Shown here: piece after piece, positions 40,223 to 54,763 of the stretch | Layout of the letters: every line of letters starts with the position of its first letter | Position numbering within the stretch: position 1 is the stretch's first letter | Notes under the pieces: model-generated | What the model was told of the DNA's origin: nothing | Seen by the model: only the letters and a program-made list of their open reading frames with translations | Database searches by the model: none | Assembly (NCBI RefSeq): GCF_036321535.1 | Contig: NC_087437.1 | Span: 82,772,001 to 82,836,000 of the forward strand | Length of the DNA stretch: 64,000 nucleotides | From: Camelus dromedarius | Lineage: Eukaryota | Reading direction: 5' to 3' | Position numbers and translations under genes: made by a program

Positions 40223-43199
40223 AGAGATTATCATTTTTCTCTTAAGCAAGAAAGTTAGAAAAATTTATAAGGCTATCTTGGTGAACTAACATCATAAAAT
40301 AAAGAACTGTGAGTTTATTTGGAAAGATTTATTGGTACAAATGTGTAAAATGTCTTTTAGAGCTATATCTGGAACCCAGTATGTTTTTCTTTAAGCATCA
40401 TGTTCGTGCTCTGGCCTTCTCTCCCTCTCTAGTCAAATCCTTCATCTGTTCTCCACTTTCTGCCCTCTTATCTATGAGAGGAATGATTCCTGGTCTGCTT
40501 GCCTGGCTACTGATTGATGATATCTGTTGTCTCCCAGTCAACTCTTGATTGACCTGGATCCTTGATCACCACGTGCATATGGCCATGAATATATGGTCTT
40601 GGAAAGCTTTTAGGAACTCACATTGCCTAAGGATCTAGAAAACACTATTCTAACACTACCCGAAGACAACTGGGTATTAAATGCTTCCTGAGGTGATGCA
40701 GTAGGGAGTAAACAGTACTACAAGACTAACAGTCTTGCAGCAACAGTGAAAAAAGGTGAACCACAATCAGACCAAAGCCTTAGCAGTTTATAGGAAATGA
40801 AGGAGCTAGAGAAACACAATTTGTCAGCAATAAAGGCTATATAAAAATGACATTTAAAATAAGGACAGGGAGGAGGTCGAGGAAACTGTCATTCACTAAG
40901 AGCTATGTCTTCCAAAAGTAATGTGTGGACCTTGTTTGGATCTTGAGTCAAGCTAAGTGGAAGATATTTTTAAGATAAGCAGAGAAATTTTAAGAGGATT
41001 TGGGCATTCAGTGACAATCAAGAATAGTTCTTCTGATGCGATAATGTTATTTTTTTAAATTTAAGATCTGGCTTATTAGAGACTTTCTGAAGTTCAAACA
41101 AAATCTCTTGGATTTGTTTTTAAATATTTCAGAGGGAAAAAAAGGAAGAGGGCTGGGTGAAAGCAGAATGGCGGGTGAAAAGGCTGAGCTGTGGGTATGT
41201 AGGGTGATTATACTCCTCTCTCTAATTTGATGTAGTTTTGAAAATTTCCATGATGAAAGGTGCCTTTTTTTTTTTTAATAGAAGACAAGAGTATTATATA
41301 TCGGGACAAGTAGGGTCACTGTTGCTGGAGAGGAAGAGTGGCACAGGAAAGATGTTGAGCACAGGCTTTAAATCATTCACTGGGTTCTCACCGCAGCCCC
41401 AGGATTTACTGAGAGTCTTTCTACAGGTGGTTGGCCCAGACTTTAGACCCATCCCCTGCACTGGAGGAAGAGTAAATGAAATACCTGCCAGTGCTTGGGG
41501 TGTAGTAGGTGTGCACTCCTCAGCCCTCCCTTATTTCCATTGTTTCTGTTTTCCTTGACTCTCTCTTCATATAAGTGAGCGCAAGGCTGTGGAAAGGTCA
41601 CGGGGACTAAGTGATGATGGTTCCTGTTGGGTTTTACTTCGGCCCCCCATCAGCACACACCACATACGGCTGGTCCTCCATTTGAGAGCAGTCTGTGGTG
41701 AGCGGTAGAAAGGTAACTTTGCTGATGTGGCAGAGAAATAAAGGTCATTCCAGAGTAGTTGTTTAATGTTCTGGTTAAGGTAGATATGCTGAGAATTACA
41801 GGCTGGAAACAAATGCATGAGGGCATCAATATTTCAGTGATGGTAAAGAATCCTGTTTCCTGTGTCATCTTTTCTCAGTGTCCCTTATGAAAAGAGGCAG
41901 GTTCCAATGAAAATTTTCCCATAAAAATTGTTCCTACTTTGGTATAAATCTTGTTTTTTTTTCCCCAATAGTTGTTTATTTTAATGATTTTTTTTTTTTA
42001 CCCTGAGAGATGGTATAGAATAATCAAGAAAAGAAAGTGAAAGGAAGAGTGGTTACAAAAGGAATAATTTTTTAAAATCATAAGTTCATTAGAATGTGTT
42101 TTAACTGAGAAAGCAGTTTTGGTTTACTTAGCATTTGGACAGTTATTTCCTGTTGTCTTAGAATGGGCAATAATGTATATATCACCTTACATGTAACAAC
42201 TTTCTAAATTGCTAAACTATCTAGAAATCTTTGTAAAATTAGTGGTACTCATTTCACAGACAGGATGTGTTTAGTAATGGAATTAAGACTTGCTCTCTAG
42301 ATCTGAATTCTGTCCCTTTTTTAGGCAGATTGTGTTGGAATGAGAATCCCATTGTGCCTTGAGTTTTTCATTTTGATTATTCTTTAATCTCTGATGTCTG
42401 AGACATAGTGGTTCTGCAAAGATGAAAATTAAAGGAAAAAGTTTCATTTATTATTAATCTTAACTTTTTCTATACAAATATAAATGTCTCCAAACTATTT
42501 TGCTGCTTGTTTTTTTCTCTTTTAGTATTTAGACATCTTTTTATATTGGTCCATAGATCTACTAGCATCATTTCCCCAATGAGTATTGTTGATAATTAGT
42601 CCAAAGATGAAATTTAAAAACACATTAAAAAGAAAAATCTTTGCTTATCTGTAACTTTTTTCTACTCTGTTTTATATATTTTCTTTCTGGATTTTGCTTA
42701 AAATTTCCATTTTAAATGAACTTTTTTGGGGACGAGGGAGATGTAGGTGGATCTCTTTAAAAGAGAAGCTAAGTATTTTAAAGCCTAGTAGCTATTAAAG
42801 GAAAATGCATTCTGTAGAAAAATGTAAAAGTGTATCTATGTGTCCAAAGTTTAAAGATGTACATTCTGTCTTGTACCTTCCCCCAAGGTACCTTTTAAAA
42901 TTATGTCTCTTAAATATTCAGATGGTATTTATAAAGAGGGAAACTGAGGTCCTCAGGGCTTCATTTTGTAAATGATTCTATGTCTATTGTATTTTCAGAA
43001 AAGTTTCTCTTTCTGTATTGTTTGTCCCACTCTCTATAATATGCTTAGGTCTTCCTAGTTTGAGAGAAAACATAAATTTTCTTTCTCTTCACCACTAAAC
43101 CTCTTGAAAAAGCCATAGTGATGATGATGTTAGGTATTTAATGATGATAATGATCGCTAATATTTTTTTGAATTCTTATTCTTTAGAGGCTCAAGCTAA

Positions 43200-43625
43200 T
43201 AATGAAAATAACTACCAGGCATGCAGTGCTTTCTATGTGCCAGGTACTGCTCAAATCACTTTTTTCAATTAACTTACTTAGTCTTCACAAGAACCCTTGA
43301 GATAAATACTTTTATCATCCCTATTTTGATAAGAGAACTGAGGCATGAAGAGGTTGAATAACTTTCCCAAGGTCACACAATCCCTGTTGCCAAGTGGGAT
43401 TCAAATGTAAGCAGTCTGGCTCCAGAATTGGTGTTTCTCACCGTAAGCCCTTGACATGCTTGATTTCATTGAATCCTACAAGAATTCTATACATTATTTC
43501 CATAAAACAGATACATAGAAGATCAGAGAAGATCAGCAACTTGCCCAGAGTTACACAGGCAGAGCTGGGACTTGAACTGAGTTCTGGCTAATAGCAAGGT
43601 CCGTAATCTCAACCACTAGACTATA
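43200..43625 (-). mobile_element. Two adjacent MIR SINEs
   Basis: tatgtgccaggtactg...gaactgaggc...cccaaggtcacaca; second copy aacttgcccagagttacacag. Confidence 0.75.
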
Positions 43626-44939
43626 GCTTCTTAGAGTAATAGATACCAGCTCTTACTCCTTAATCTTTTACTACATGGTCCCCTTACCCTAAACTGTTGA
43701 AACAAGCAACTTTTTAGTTAAGTGTTAACTTTTTTCTTTTAGCTATTCATTTTGACATAACTTCAGAGTAAATAGAGGAGTTGCAAAAATGGTACAATTT
43801 CCATAAACATTTCACCCATATTTTCCAAGTGTTACCATTTTACCACATTTGCTTTATCCCGCCCTCTGACACATGTATTTCTTCCTAAACTGAGAGTAGC
43901 TTTCAGACATGATGTTCTTTCGCCTCTGTATATTAAGTGTTTATTTCCTAAAAATTAGGGCATTCTCCTTACATGTTCACAGAGCAGTTACCAAAATTAA
44001 GGAAACTTACAGTATCAGGACTACACTACGAATGTTACTTAGATTTCTCCAGTTATACAAATAATGTCCTTTATAGTAAAAGAAATTCTCAGATTATGCA
44101 TTGCATTAAGTTGTCACGTCTTCTTAGTCTCCGTTACTCTGGAGATTAAAGGAGAGGACAGTTCCTTGGTCTCTCCTTGTATTTCGTTATGTTGACATTT
44201 TTTTAAAATAGGTGGGCCAGTTATTTTCTAGGATATTTCTTAATTTGAATTTTCTGAGGTTTCTTTATGATTAGATTCAGGTTACAGACTTTTGCAGGAA
44301 TGCCACAGAAGTGTTGTTCTCAGTGTTTCCTGTCAGGAGGCTCACAATGTTGGTTTGTCCCATTACTGATGATGTTAACTTTGATCTCGGCTAAGGTGCT
44401 ATCTCCCAAATTTTTACACTGTAGCTATGTTTCCCTTCATAAACATTATGCATCTTGTGGGAAATTCTTTGAAATGATTTGAGTGCTCTGTTACTCATCA
44501 ACTTGCACCCACTAGTTTTGGCATCCATTCATGATTCTTGTGTGAATCAGTTGTTATAGTCGTCAGGTGGTGATTTTCTAATCTCATCATTCCTTCCATG
44601 TTTATTAGGTTTTTTCCTGCTGAAGAAGTGAACTTTTCCTTCTCTCCCGTTTGTTTATTTATATCAGTGTGGACTCACGGATTCTTAGTTAGTCCATTGT
44701 ATAGCATCCTTTATTATCCTTTATTTTGATCTCTCAAATTGTCCCAAACTTCCAGTAGGAGCCTCTTCAAGCTGGCTCCTGTATCCTTTTGTGGTGTCCT
44801 TATCATTCTTTAAGTACTTCTTTCTAGTCTGACACAGGATATTCTAGATTTATCTTCTACTTGTGCTACCCTAGTCCTGAAATCAGCCATTTCTTCAAGG
44901 GATCCTGTTTCTTTTTTAGTGAAAAATGGTATTAGAAGT

Positions 44940-45387
44940 AATGAGTAAAAAGAATAAAATTTGTGGCAACATGAATGGACCTGGAAATTGTCATTCTAAG
45001 TAAAATAAGCCAGAAGAGAAAGAAAAATACCATATGATATCACTTATACGTGGTATCTAAAAAAATGAGACAAATGAGCTTATTTATAAAACAGAAACAG
45101 ACTCACAGACGTAGAAAACAAAATTGTGGTTACCAGAGGGCAAAGGGGAGGGATGGAGAGAGATAAATTGGGAGTTTAGGATTTGCAGGTACTAATTACT
45201 ATATGTAAAATAGGTAAACAACAAAGTCCTATTGTATAGCACAGGGAACTATATTCAATACCTTGTAATGGTCTATAATGAAAAAGAGCATGAAAAGGAA
45301 TATATAAATGTTTAACTGAATCACTATGGTGTATACCAGAAATTAACACAACATTGTAAACTGACTATACTTCAATTAAAAAAAAAA
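44940..45387 (+). mobile_element. 5'-truncated L1 3' end (artiodactyl type)
   Basis: caacatgaatggacctggaaattgtcattctaagt...aaacagactcacagac...tatagcacagggaactatattcaat...tatacttcaatt plus poly(A). Confidence 0.9.
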
Positions 45388-45407
45388 GAAATCAATATCT
45401 GATCTCT

Positions 45408-45575
45408 CTTCTGCATAGCACAGGGAACTATATTCAGTATCTTGTAGTAACCTTTAATGAAAAAGAATATGAAAACGAATATATGTATGTATATGCATGA
45501 CTGGGACATTGTGCTGTACACTAGAAATTGACACACTGTAACTGCCTATACTTCAATTAAAAAAAAAAAAAACAA
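45408..45575 (+). mobile_element. Second 5'-truncated L1 3' end of a different subfamily
   Basis: tagcacagggaactatattcagtatcttgtag...gactgggacattgtgctgtacac...poly(A). Imperfect TSD atctgatctct (45397-45407) / acctggtctct (45576-45586). Confidence 0.85.
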
Positions 45576-46684
45576 ACCTGGTCTCTAAGTTTGGGCCAGT
45601 TGGCTGCCATACCCTATCTACAGATAGATTTAGTAGATAAACTTATGTACATATGTACTTAAGTATATAAATGTACATACATTATTTTTATATGTATATC
45701 TACCAATATTTATCAAAAAGCATGAGTTCATACCTTTAATCCTAATCCAGCACCACAGGGTTCATTCTTTCCCGTCCCTTTTGGTATTGGTAATCACGTC
45801 TCTGAGAGTGATATATCTAGGTCTTGTTGTCTGCAGTATAGATACTTATTTTACTTACTTGTTTAGTGCTGTAATGCACAGAAAATAGTTTCAGAATTGA
45901 ATTATTAATCCGTGCTTCTGAAGCAAAGAAGCCTGTTACCTAGAATCCATATTTGCTTAGTCTTAACCTAAAGACAATTTAGTCTAAATGCTGTGTTCAA
46001 AACTGTCTGGGCTAGTTTTCGCCCACCACCTCCTGTGCCCCAGTGTGGTTATTTATCCATTTGTAATATGGTTTGGTTCATTTACTTCTGTTCATATTCC
46101 ATTTTAGGTTTTTTCTCTGTTTTTGTTAGTTTCTTTTTTCTTTTATTGAGTATGTGAAACATTAACGTGTTTCTCAGAGTTAGAACTGTACAAAAAGATA
46201 TACTTAGATAAGTAGCATACCTCCCCACAGCACTCCGTTTCTTCTGTCCTTCCACCCCGTCTCCACCTACTCCCTGTAGCTAACCAGTTGCATGTCTTCA
46301 TTTTATCTTTTCTACTTTGTTTTTTGTACAAACAACGTATTAGGTTTTGTTATTTCCCCTTCTTATACAAAATATAATATGCTATTGATATTCTTTCCTG
46401 CTTTGCTTTTTTTCCCCACTTAAATGATTTCCTGGAAATCATTCCACATCAGTTCATGGAGATAGTCCTCAATTGTTTTACAGTCGCAGAGAACTCCTTA
46501 GTGTGAATGTACTTACGGTTCATTTAACCACTTATTTATGTTTGAATATATAGATTGCTTCCAGTATTTTACAGTTACAAACAATGCTGCCATAAATAAC
46601 TTAATGCATATGTATTTTTGTATTCTTGGACATAAATCTTCAGAGTAAGTTCCTGAAGTGTAATTATTGATTCAAAAGGTAAAT

Positions 46685-46727
46685 ACACACACACACACAC
46701 ACACACACTCACTCACACTCACACACA
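46685..46727. repeat. (CA)n/(CACT) microsatellite
   Basis: Direct reading. Confidence 0.9.
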
Positions 46728-48272
46728 TATATACAGCTTTGTTAGCTGTTGCCAAGTTCCCCTCTACAGGGGTTATGACAATTTGCCCTTCCACCAGCAA
46801 CGCGTAAGAATGCTCATTTTTCCACAGCCTTGCTCACAGAGTGTGTTGTCATGCTTTTTAAGTTTTGCCAATTGATAAGTGAGAAATGGTAACCCAATAT
46901 AGTTGTAATGTACATTTCTCTCACTGTGAGTTAAAGTTGAGCCTTTTTTTTTTTTCAATATGGTGAAGGTTCATTTTGTAAAAAAAAAAACCTTTTTGTC
47001 CATGTTGTTGCCTTTCTGTCAGGTTTTTTTGGTCTTTGTTCCTCTCAGGTATTAGGAATTCTTTTATTATTAGTGATATTAGCCTTTATGTGATATGTGC
47101 TGCAATTTCTCCTAGTTTGTTGGTTGCCTTTTGACTTGGTTCATGAAGCTTGTTTAAAGTAGGTGTTTTGCTGTGCAAAAATTTTTTTGAATGTAGTAAG
47201 TTTATCGGTCTTTTGCATCTGGATTCTGAGTCATAATTGGAAAGTCTCTTCCTATATCCCCTTTAAACATAAATTTACCCATGTTTCTTTCTGATACATT
47301 TAAGTGGTTTTTGTTGTTGTTTTAAGATCCCTGGTCCATTTGGGGGTATTCCCTTGTATGGCATGAAGCGTGGATCTAATTTTATTTTTTCCAGATGACT
47401 AGCTACGTTTCCTAGCATCATGTATTTAAAAGTCTACCTTTGCCCCAACGGTTTAAAAATCCTACCTTTGTCATATATGCAAATTCTGTATTCTGTATGC
47501 ACTTGGGATCTGTTTCTGGACTTTTTATTGTGTTCCACTGGTCTATTCAGTCACATACTAGAACCTCGCAGTTTTTATTATAGAGGCTTTACATTGTGTT
47601 TCGTAATGTCTGATGGGCCTGGACTGTTTCCATGGATGTTCACTTTTAGTGTTTTCCTGGCTGTTCTTGCCTGTTAATTGATCTATCAACTTGTCCAACT
47701 TCATAAAAATGTTTGTTAGTCTTTTTTATTGGGATTAAGTTGTTTATAAATTGTCTTTATGATGTTGAGTCATCTTGATCAAGAACAAGAGCTGCCTTTT
47801 CCCCCATTTGTTCAAATCTAATTTTGTTGACTTTCAGGAGTGTTTTAAACTTTTTCTCATGTAAGTTTTACATATTTTTTTGCTAAAATTATTTCTAACT
47901 ATTTTTTCTTTGTTGGTACTGTAAGTGGAGGTGTTTTTGTTTTATTTTGACATTGTGTCCTCTAACTAGTTCCTAATTACATGGAGACTGTTGATTTCTT
48001 TCTGTATGTTGATTTTATATTCTGTTACTTTACCGGGTTTTTTTTATTATTTTGATTAGTTTTATCACTCAGTTTCTAGGGATTTCTAGGTGCACCATCT
48101 CATCTGCAAATAGAGGTAGTTTTACTACTACTTTTCCAGTTCTCATGCCTGTGACTCATTTCTCTTACCTAATTACATTGGCTAATACCACCTGTCAGTA
48201 CTCGGCTAAATGGCAGTGGAGGCAGTGGGCACCCTTTTTCCTTGTTCCTGATCTTAGCGGGAATGTGAAGTA

Positions 48273-48560
48273 AGCGTCTTAGCTCAGGCTGCCATAACAA
48301 AATACCACAGACTAGATGGCTTAAACAAGAGAAATTTGTTTTCTTACAGTTTCTGGAGGCTAGAAGTCCCAGAGGGAGAGGGAGAGCAAATTCTCTGTCT
48401 CTTCTTACAAGGAAACTGGTCTTATCAGAATAGGACCCCACCCTTAGGACCTCATTTAACCTTAATTATCTCCATAAAGGCTGTGTCTACACATACAGTC
48501 ACATTAGGGGTTAAGACTTCAATGTATATGAATTTGCAGGGATACATTGAGTCCATAGCA
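48273..48560 (-). mobile_element. MLT1A-like MaLR solo LTR nested in L1
   Basis: ggctgccataacaaaataccacagactagatggcttaaacaa...ctcatttaaccttaattatctcc...cattgagtccatagca. Confidence 0.82.
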
Positions 48561-50889
48561 GGAAATATCCCTTGATTTCTATTTTCTTGAGTGTTTTTCA
48601 TTAGGAAAGTGTTGAATTTTGATGGAAGCCTATTTTAGCATCTAAGAAGATGATTGTATGATTTTTCTCCTTAGAATCTATTAGTATGTGTATTATTAAT
48701 GGATTCCTTAATGTTGAACCAAATTTGCATTCCTGAAATAAATAGTACTTGGATACGATGTGTCATTCTTTTAATATGGTACTGGATTCTGTTTCCTAAT
48801 AGTCTGTATAGTGTTTTTTAAAATACTAAGTGATAGATAAATACTTCATGTACAATTTATTTTGTATTATCTTTTTCAGATTTAGTTATTGATGTTACAT
48901 ATTAAATAAAAAGTTTTCCTTCCTTTTCTCTTCAGAAAAATTTAGACAGCATTTGAACAAGCTAGTCTTAGAAGGCTTCATTCTGTGAAACTATCAGGGC
49001 CTGGTGGTTTTTTTGGTAGGGTAACTCCTAATAGCTTTCTTTATTTCTTTTAAGGAGAATGATCTGTTTCAGCATTCTATTTCTAAGGAATTCAGTTTTA
49101 GTAAACTATTTGCCAGACACGTTACTAATTTCAACTAGGTCTTCAAATTTATTTGTATTGATGTCTGTAAAATAGATTCTTACGATTTTTTCCTAATGAT
49201 TATTTCACTGTTATTTCTCTGGCTATTTCCTCCTCATTTCTTATTTTGTATATGTGTGCTTTCTCTCTTTTATCCCCCTCTTCGATTGTTAGCTAGTGGT
49301 TTGCCTATTTCAATTTTTTTCAAAAAATGGATTTTGATTTATTACTTGTAGTTAGATCTATTCTTTTTCTGTTCTACCTTATTCATCTCTTTCTGGTTTC
49401 ATTGTTACTTTATTTTCTTCTATTATTTTCTTCATTATGCTTGCTTTGGCTTATTTTGTTGTTTAACTCCTAGCTTTTGGCAAGGAATTTAATTCACTTA
49501 TATTTATTCTTTCATTTCTCTTAATAAAAGTGTCTAAAGCTATGGATTTTACTTTGATCACATATTTAAAATTGATATACCACAGATTGATTCATGGTAT
49601 AATCATTATCTTTTAGGAATTCTGTTATTTTGTTCTGTATTTCCCTTTTATCCAGTAGTCATTTTAAATTACTTATTCTTGGATAAATAATAGATTTATT
49701 TCCAGTTGGGGGTACCTTTCTTTATTACTGTTAAAATTTTTTTAGTTTTATTGCATTGTAGTTGGAAATCATTATTATATTTCTATTTGCTTATATTTTC
49801 TGTAAAACTTAATATATATTCACTTTTGTGAATGTTCCATGTATACTTGAGGTTTATTCTCTAATATCAAGATATAATGTTTGATATGCATCCAAAAGAT
49901 CTTTTTGTGCTGTTTAGGTTTTCTGTATCCTTATTTTTATCCATTTGACCTCTTATTAGTGTCTTTATTCTTTCTGCATTTTTTGGGGTTTTTGCTTTTA
50001 TGAAGGTGGTTACAATGTAGTTGCATAGCTAGTCTTAATTGTAATATTTTCATTTTAAACTGTGATTTCTATCATTAAAAAGTTTCTCCTCTGTCATGTT
50101 TCGTACTTTAGTTTGCATTCTTCTTTCTCTGACATCAGTATCACATAGACACCCTCCTCCTTATCTCTTATTGTATTTATTTGCTTGGTATACCTGTCTT
50201 TGCTCATTCCTTTATTTTTAGCCTTTCTGAATCATCTGTTTGGGGTGTATTTCTTGCATATAACAGATTCTGGGGTCTTTGTGAACCAGATGGAAAGTAT
50301 TTTTTGAAGTAACTGAGTTAAACCCACCTGCACCTATTTTTAAACTGAAATGTTTTGTCTGAACTCTTTCGTATTATTTTAAGTTATAATCACGTGTATT
50401 GCATTTGCTGTGTTTATTTCTTTATGTTGTTGTCTTCTATATTTAAACTTCTTTTGGAGTTTAATAAGTTTTATAGTTTTAAGTGTTACCTTTCAATTTC
50501 ACTTTCTTAGATGCCTTTAGTCCCCTGTTGTCTTAATCTTTTACTATCTGATTTGTCTATTTTTAGTGGTGTCCTTTAACTCCTACCAATTACCAGTTAC
50601 TCTACCTATTACTCATGTAACATTCAGTGAACTAATCTACTTCACTCTTTTCCTCTCCCTTCTTTCCCCATTTTTCACTCTGACAAAACATATGAACATA
50701 TAGCCTAAATCATATAATGTCCTATTCTTCAGCCCATCTCTAACTTTCCTAGATTAGTATTTAAATATTTTAAATGCTCACTGGCAGTCTTCTTGCTTAG
50801 TTTCTCCCAGTTATATCTTGAGTGGATGAAGTTCATCTTTGAATAGATTGATTCCTTAAGAAGGGTTTATGGGTGGAGGAAATCTTGCA

Positions 50890-50993
50890 TTTTTTTTATT
50901 GAGTTATAGTCAGTTTACAATGTTGTGTCAATTTCTGGTGTACAGCACAATTTTTCAGTCATACATGAATATACATATATTCATTTTCATATT
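50890..50993 (-). mobile_element. Very short L1 3' tail
   Basis: ttttattgagttatagtcagtttacaatgttgtgtcaatttctggtgtacagcacaa, flanked by atcttg(a)-like repeats. Confidence 0.8.
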
Positions 50994-53900
50994 ATCTTGA
51001 ACATTTAAAACTTTATTTTTAAATTTTTTATTACTTTGAGACTTGCGGGTCATCTTGATTTTATATATATAACTTCTTGATTCACATGTTCATTCTTTGA
51101 GTTTTTAAAAAAAATTCTTGAGTTCATTCTTGAGTTTTATTGCCTGGTTTTTTATATTGTTTTTTGAGGAGTTTGATACTAGTTGAATTCCCTTACCTTT
51201 ATTTAATCTTTATATAGAGGCTGTGAGGAGTCTTTATCTTTAAAGTCAAATAGTTTTACAAGGATATGTATTGAAGTTTATCATTGTTGGTTAGTTTTTA
51301 CTGTATCCAATGAGTATGTAGATTCAAGTTTTCTTGGATTATGGTTTTAATATTATTTCTGTTCCACTGTCTTGTGTACCTTTCTTAGACACCTTAATTA
51401 TAAGAAAGCTGGACCTCTGCCATTTCAACCACATTCATTTAAACCATGTTCTCACTGATCCTTTTTACTTTTTAAAATTTCTTTTTCATTCTGTTTGTTT
51501 TCTTCTTCAGCATTATCATGTTTTCATTAGAATCTGTTATTCCTTGTGTACCTTGTAATATATTCTTCATTTCTGATATGATTTTGTCATTTTTTATATT
51601 TCCTTTCTGAGATCAGCCAACTTTTTTTTTTTTTTTTTCTATTTTTTTGTTCACTTCTGTTCTTAGTTTTTGAATTTCTGTTTCAGGTTGTTTTATTATA
51701 TCCCCAGTTGCTTGTTTGAGGACATTTAATTTGGTGTTGTGTTATAGCTTCCTTCTGCTTTACCATTGTTTTTTTGGGGTAAAGGGGTTATCGAAAACCG
51801 AATTGTTGAGAGTCTCATTTTTTTTTAAATTATATTTTTAAATTAAAGACTGTGCCTTAGTATTTCTGTCAACACCGCTGGTGGTTTGCAGTGGTTTATA
51901 AGCTGTGTATGTAGTACATGATAGGTTCATGATAGCCCTTTTATGTCAGTAAGTTTTTTTCTTTTAAGAAGCTGTAGTGGGGGAGGTGTTGTGTATCCTT
52001 TTTTTCTCCCTTCATTTTTTTTAATCTTGTAGGATCCTAAAATTCCCCATCTTGTTTTGAGCCACCCCCCTTTTCCATACAGTTTCTAAAGTATATCTCT
52101 CTGTTACTCTTAACCTACTTCTCCCGCGAAACTATTTCCTTTCTAAAAGTTGCCCAATGTGTAATTTTTGTGCCTGTGAAAGTTCCTTCTCTGAAGTCAG
52201 TGCTCTCATTTACTGGTGGATTTTTTTCTCTCAGTATTTTCTGGCTGTGCATGGGATATCTTGATTGTCTCCCACAATGAGTCTTTCATTAACCTTTACC
52301 ACTTAAGTTATTTTTAGACTCCATGAAATCCACTGAAATGCTTTAGGGATCAGTGACCCTTGTGAAAAGAAAATAAATTTTGTTCTTTGAGTTTTTTCCT
52401 GTTTTAAAGTTGTCTTTGTAAAGGAATAATTATTTTATGTCAAATTAAAATGTTAAGTATTGTTTCATTTGAAAGAAGTAAGAGTATTACGATATGACCA
52501 TCATTGTGAACATTTTACATTTAGAATAGTTTTCTATAAGCAGGAATTAAAGAAGTAATATCTAATCTTAATGATTAAGGCTCTTTTGCATCTGATAGAT
52601 GTAAGAGCCACAGAATTTCATGTGAGATAAAGTCCTGGCCTGTGAAAACATGAAGTCAGGAAGGCTAAAGGCATCTCACATCTGTTCATCATGAAAATAC
52701 ATTGGTTACTGTGGATATTTTCCTTTAGAAGGCTTGATGGGACCTTAAATATAACTTGGATCTGTTCCTAATGCAGAAGCATCATATGAGGTTGTTTGCA
52801 TTGCATTGAAAGTACAGAATCCATATACAATTTGAAAGACCTTAGTGAATCTTTGTATCCTGGAATGGTCAAGCTGGATTGTGTCCTAGAACAGAGAGGA
52901 AAAGTTAAAGCTTTGTCTCTCTAAATGATGTCATTACTTCAGAATGTTTCCTCTAATGTTTTAAAGCAGGTCAGTGAGGAATTGACAGCTCTCATATCTC
53001 ATCAGCATTCAGCTCGATAAAACAACCTACTGTGTGATAGTGATCCTATCCAAGAATTCCTATTTGTGAGCCCTTACAGGAAATATGAAAGTCTTTGACA
53101 TTTCCTAAGTGGTGAAAAGTTTATTTTTCCAGAAAATCTTTGAAAGAAATGTCTTGATGTGCTGTGTATGTCTCACCTGTGATGCTTGGAAACTCATCTG
53201 GTTTTGCTGAATTCTACACCTTATGACTCATTGCTTTTTACATTAGTACACTTGGTATGAGAAACTCTGCCAGCTGCCCTGAAAGAAGCTGTCAACTTAA
53301 TAAGAGCCAGGACCTTGAGTCACTATCTCTTCAAGAGTTTTTATTAAGAAATAGAAGCAGAGTGTAGAGCTCTCTTCTATCCAGAAGTTTGGTGATTTTC
53401 CAAAGTAAAAGTCTTAAAGCTCTCAATTAAAGTAGTGGTTTCACAAGAGAGAAGAAAAGCCTACTCAGAAAAATTTGATGGGGAAGATTGGTATTGCTTC
53501 GTGGATATTTTGGCCCACATGATTGCAGTAAAATTTTCTATCAAGACCCTTTGGTTACCATCATGAATAGTGATAAAAACTTGTGCTCTTTTGTACACAC
53601 TGCCATTCTTTAAGAGGATATTGGAAGAGGCCACTATGTTTACAATCAAAGAAATGCAAAGAAATTTAAACTAAGTAAATTAGCTCCCTGACTTATAGAT
53701 TAGTAAAAAATAAATAAATAAAATTAAAAAACCAAAAAACTGTAATATGTTATGTTGGCATGGTTGTGGTGAAACTGGTCCTTTTTTTTAAAATATTGAG
53801 ACTGTATTAGTCAGTGTAGCTCACTTTGGATAGCAGTATGGAAGTATCTATTAAAAACCACTCCTAAAGAAATATTTCAAAAGTTAGAAAAGTTGTGTTA

Positions 53901-54763
53901 GGAAGATGTTTACTGCAACATTTTTCACTATATAGAGATTGGAATCAATCTAAATTTCTAACAGTAAGGAAATTAAGTAAGTTAAGGTATATCCACCATA
54001 TAACTACTTTTTGGCTAGCACTGATTGTTTGCTGTGAACATTCTGTTACCTGTCTTGGTGAACATGAGTGCTCACTTCTGTATCTGGAAGAGGAATTGCT
54101 GGGTCCTGGTGTGCATGTGTTCTGCTTTAGTGGGTACTACCAAATGCACCTGTGGTTATGTTTTTTTGTCCCCATCGCAAGTGTATGAGAGTTTGAGATT
54201 CAATTTTAGTATATGTGCTGCTGAAGCAAGCACAGAGTTCTAGTTTTTAATCTCTTTTTTTCTATTTTCACCTTTCTATTTTGTATGTACTGATACAACA
54301 TTGTAGCTTCGCTTGGCATTACCCTGATAGCTAATGAAATTGTTCTCTTTTCATATGTATTAGCCATTGAGTATCTTTTCTGAAGAGTCTGTTGAAGGTT
54401 TTTTTGCCTTTTTTCTGTTGTATGATCATTTTCTTATTTGTAGTTTTTTTTTTCCTGGTTATGGGTTCTTTTTAGGTATAAGTATTTCAAATATTCTTTC
54501 TATGGCCGTTCTTTTTACTACCTTATTTGTATCTTTTGATAAGCAGACATCAATTTTAACTCAATTTCAGTGTTCACATTTAGTATTTCTTGTACTTTTA
54601 AAATCTTTGCCCACTTGTAGGTCATGAAGATGTTCTCAAGGTTTTCCTCTAAAAGCTTTTTGTCTTCCTTTCTGCACATTTATATCCTCAGTCCCTCCAG
54701 AGTTGCCCTTTGTGTATGAGGTGTGAAGTAGAAGTGTCAAGGTGCACTTTCCCATGTGGACCT

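Larger units (their letters stand above)
43735..51900 (-). mobile_element. Long block of ancient antisense L1 fragments with nested younger insertions
   Basis: Many L1 motifs (ttgcattaagttgtcacgtc, ttcccaccagcaa-like, catctgcaaatagaggtagttt, ttgaaccaaatttgcattcctgaaataaat); boundaries approximate. Confidence 0.72.
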
